Shown: in pieces, positions 62,436 through 64,000 of the stretch
Layout of the letters: each line of letters starts with the position of its first letter
Numbering within the stretch: position 1 is the stretch's first letter
Assembly: GCA_048595045.1 (NCBI GenBank)
Contig: JBMDXS010000120.1
Coordinates: 3,736-67,735, forward strand
Length of the DNA stretch: 64,000 nt
Source: Acidimicrobiia bacterium
GTDB taxonomy: Bacteria; Actinomycetota; Acidimicrobiia; Spongiisociales; ZC4RG35
Direction of reading: 5' to 3'
Position numbers and translations under genes: made by a program
Notes under the pieces: model-generated
What the model was told of the DNA's origin: nothing
The model's database searches: none
The model's input: the letters and a program-made list of their open reading frames with translations, nothing else

Positions 62436-63358
62436 GTCGCCGCCTCCCGCTCCAGGAACAGGTCCTCCAGGGACGAGGAGCCCCGGATCATCCTCACCAG
62501 CCCGGAGCCGCTGGCGGCTGCGGCGGCCATGACCAACGGCTCGATCGTCTCGTCACCCGGACCTACCACCATGCGCATTCCGTCCACCGCGACATCCACC
62601 CCTCCGGCCCGGATCGCGGCGGCAACCTCCTCGGGGCGCTCCAGGACCTCCACCAGGACCGTGCCCAGCATCTCGAAGCCCTTCAACGGCCCGTTGCGGA
62701 GCAGGTTGCCGGCGTCCAGCATGATCACCCAGTCACAGGTCTGCTCGATGTCGGTCAGGACATGTGAGGAGACGATGACATTGATGTCGAAGGTCGAAAG
62801 TCTCTTGATCAGATCGAGCATCTGAGCCCGTCCCTCGGGATCGAGCCCCGAAGCAGGCTCGTCGAGGAGGAGGAGATCGGGATCATGGACGATGGCCTGG
62901 GCGAGCTTCACCCGCTGCTGCATCCCGGTGGAGAAATCGCCCAGGAATCGAAACCGCTCTTCTTCGAGCCCGACCAGGAAGAGCGTCTCCGACGACCTTC
63001 TCTTCGCCTCGCGTGGGGGTATGCCGGCCAACTGGGCGGCGTAGGACACGAAATCAGCAGCTGTTTGGTCCTTGGGGAGACAGTCGCCTTCGGGCATGTA
63101 CCCGATCCGGGACCGAACCACCAGGGGCTCCTGCTGTGGATCGTGACCGAGGACCTGCAGCGAGCCGGATGTCGGGTGGAGCAGGCCCAGCATCAGACGA
63201 AGGAGAGTGGTCTTGCCTGCGCCATTGGCGCCGACCAGACCGATGACACCGGGAGGAACCTCGACACTGAGGCCGCTGAGGGCAACGACCTCGCCGTAGT
63301 CGTGGGTGAGGTCCGAGACCTCCAAGATCGCCGGCCGACTCGGCCCGAGCCCGACCAT
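62432..63358 (-). CDS. ABC transporter ATP-binding protein
   Basis: 308-aa ORF with GANGAGKTT, FSTGMQQRVKLA and LLLLDEPASGLDP. Confidence 0.9.
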   Translation of the reverse strand: MVGLGPSRPAILEVSDLTHDYGEVVALSGLSVEVPPGVIGLVGANGAGKTTLLRLMLGLLHPTSGSLQVLGHDPQQEPLVVRSRIGYMPEGDCLPKDQTAADFVSYAAQLAGIPPREAKRRSSETLFLVGLEEERFRFLGDFSTGMQQRVKLAQAIVHDPDLLLLDEPASGLDPEGRAQMLDLIKRLSTFDINVIVSSHVLTDIEQTCDWVIMLDAGNLLRNGPLKGFEMLGTVLVEVLERPEEVAAAIRAGGVDVAVDGMRMVVGPGDETIEPLVMAAAAASGSGLVRMIRGSSSLEDLFLEREAAT

Positions 63359-63458
63359 CAGTGCTCAACATCCTCGGACCGGATGATGGGATCGCCACAT
63401 CGGGCAAACAGACGCCGGTCGGCCGGGGCTGCCGCTCCAGCGGAGGTCAGGCGCTGTT

Positions 63459-64000
63459 TCACTCCACGACCTCGTGGAAGCCAGGTCCCTCGGGCCGCTC
63501 CAGCTGGTCCATGGTGCACTGGAGGGGTTCCTTGTCGGGGCGCCAGCGGTGGAACCGGGTGGCGTGGCGAAAGCGGTCACCCTCCAGTTGGTCGTAGCTG
63601 ACTTCCACCACCACGCCGGCCTCCACCGGCGTCCAGTCGAGCTCCTTGCCGGCGGACCAACGGCTCTGGGCCCCGGGGGCGCGTGCGTGGCCGCCGAAAC
63701 TGTCGTGGGCGATCAGCTCCCTGAAGCGCTGGAATATCTCCACCCGGTCGGCGTCGCCGAAACCTGAGCAATGGCCGATGAAATGGAGCTCACCCCGGTC
63801 GTCGTAGAGACCGAGGAGGAGGGAACCGATCTTGCCACCGTCCTTGTGCTCCCGGAAGCCCCCGACGACGCAGTCCACCGTCCGACGGTGCTTGATCTTG
63901 ATCATCGCCCTCTTGCCGTGCTGATAGGCGAGCCCGGCGTCCTTGGCCACGATGCCGTCGCAACCGGCGGATTCGAAGTCGTCGAACCATTTCCGGGCCA
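63459..64000 (-). CDS. ATP-dependent DNA ligase (LigD/LigC-type); C-terminal part only, 5' end beyond the window
   Basis: The frame is open to base 64000 (…WFDDFESAGCDGIVAKDAGLAYQHGKRAMIKIKH). OB-fold end with motif VI RFHRWRPDK. Confidence 0.85.
   Translation of the reverse strand, partial: ARKWFDDFESAGCDGIVAKDAGLAYQHGKRAMIKIKHRRTVDCVVGGFREHKDGGKIGSLLLGLYDDRGELHFIGHCSGFGDADRVEIFQRFRELIAHDSFGGHARAPGAQSRWSAGKELDWTPVEAGVVVEVSYDQLEGDRFRHATRFHRWRPDKEPLQCTMDQLERPEGPGFHEVVE

Overview
This window is visibly GC-rich, with a strong G/C preference at codon position 3, and is almost entirely coding. It looks like a chromosomal segment of an Actinomycetota-type bacterium: it carries a dnaK-grpE-dnaJ-hspR heat-shock operon, a trpD-C-F-B-A block, stand-alone LigD-type NHEJ parts, three two-gene or fused signalling sets, two ECF sigma factors and two class III cyclases. 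I call about 68 protein genes. Many are translationally coupled by 1-nt, 4-nt or longer overlaps. I recognised no rRNA, tRNA, CRISPR array, transposase, integrase or phage gene. Several of the longest track ORFs are antisense or out-of-frame artefacts of the GC bias, so I trimmed or rejected them. Trimmed starts were placed by in-frame arithmetic from the ORF track and may be off by a few codons. Every functional call rests on motif recognition by eye; no database search or folding was possible. Five things are most worth a second look. (1) A PadR regulator is coupled to a protein that fuses a HAAS/DUF1700-like N-domain to a short NfeD. Its SPFH partner follows, and the set is flanked by mscL and a MerR-type adenylate cyclase. 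(2) An ECF sigma factor is translationally coupled to an Ogt-type alkyltransferase that carries an Ada-type Cys4 zinc methyl-acceptor domain at its C-terminus and has no AraC domain. (3) A divergent QueA paralog is coupled to an SDR. (4) An orphan SPPY (m4C-type) DNA methyltransferase is coupled to a low-molecular-weight tyrosine phosphatase and lies next to a perfect 18-bp palindrome. (5) NHEJ polymerase and ligase genes are split by a duplicated ABC-2 transporter.
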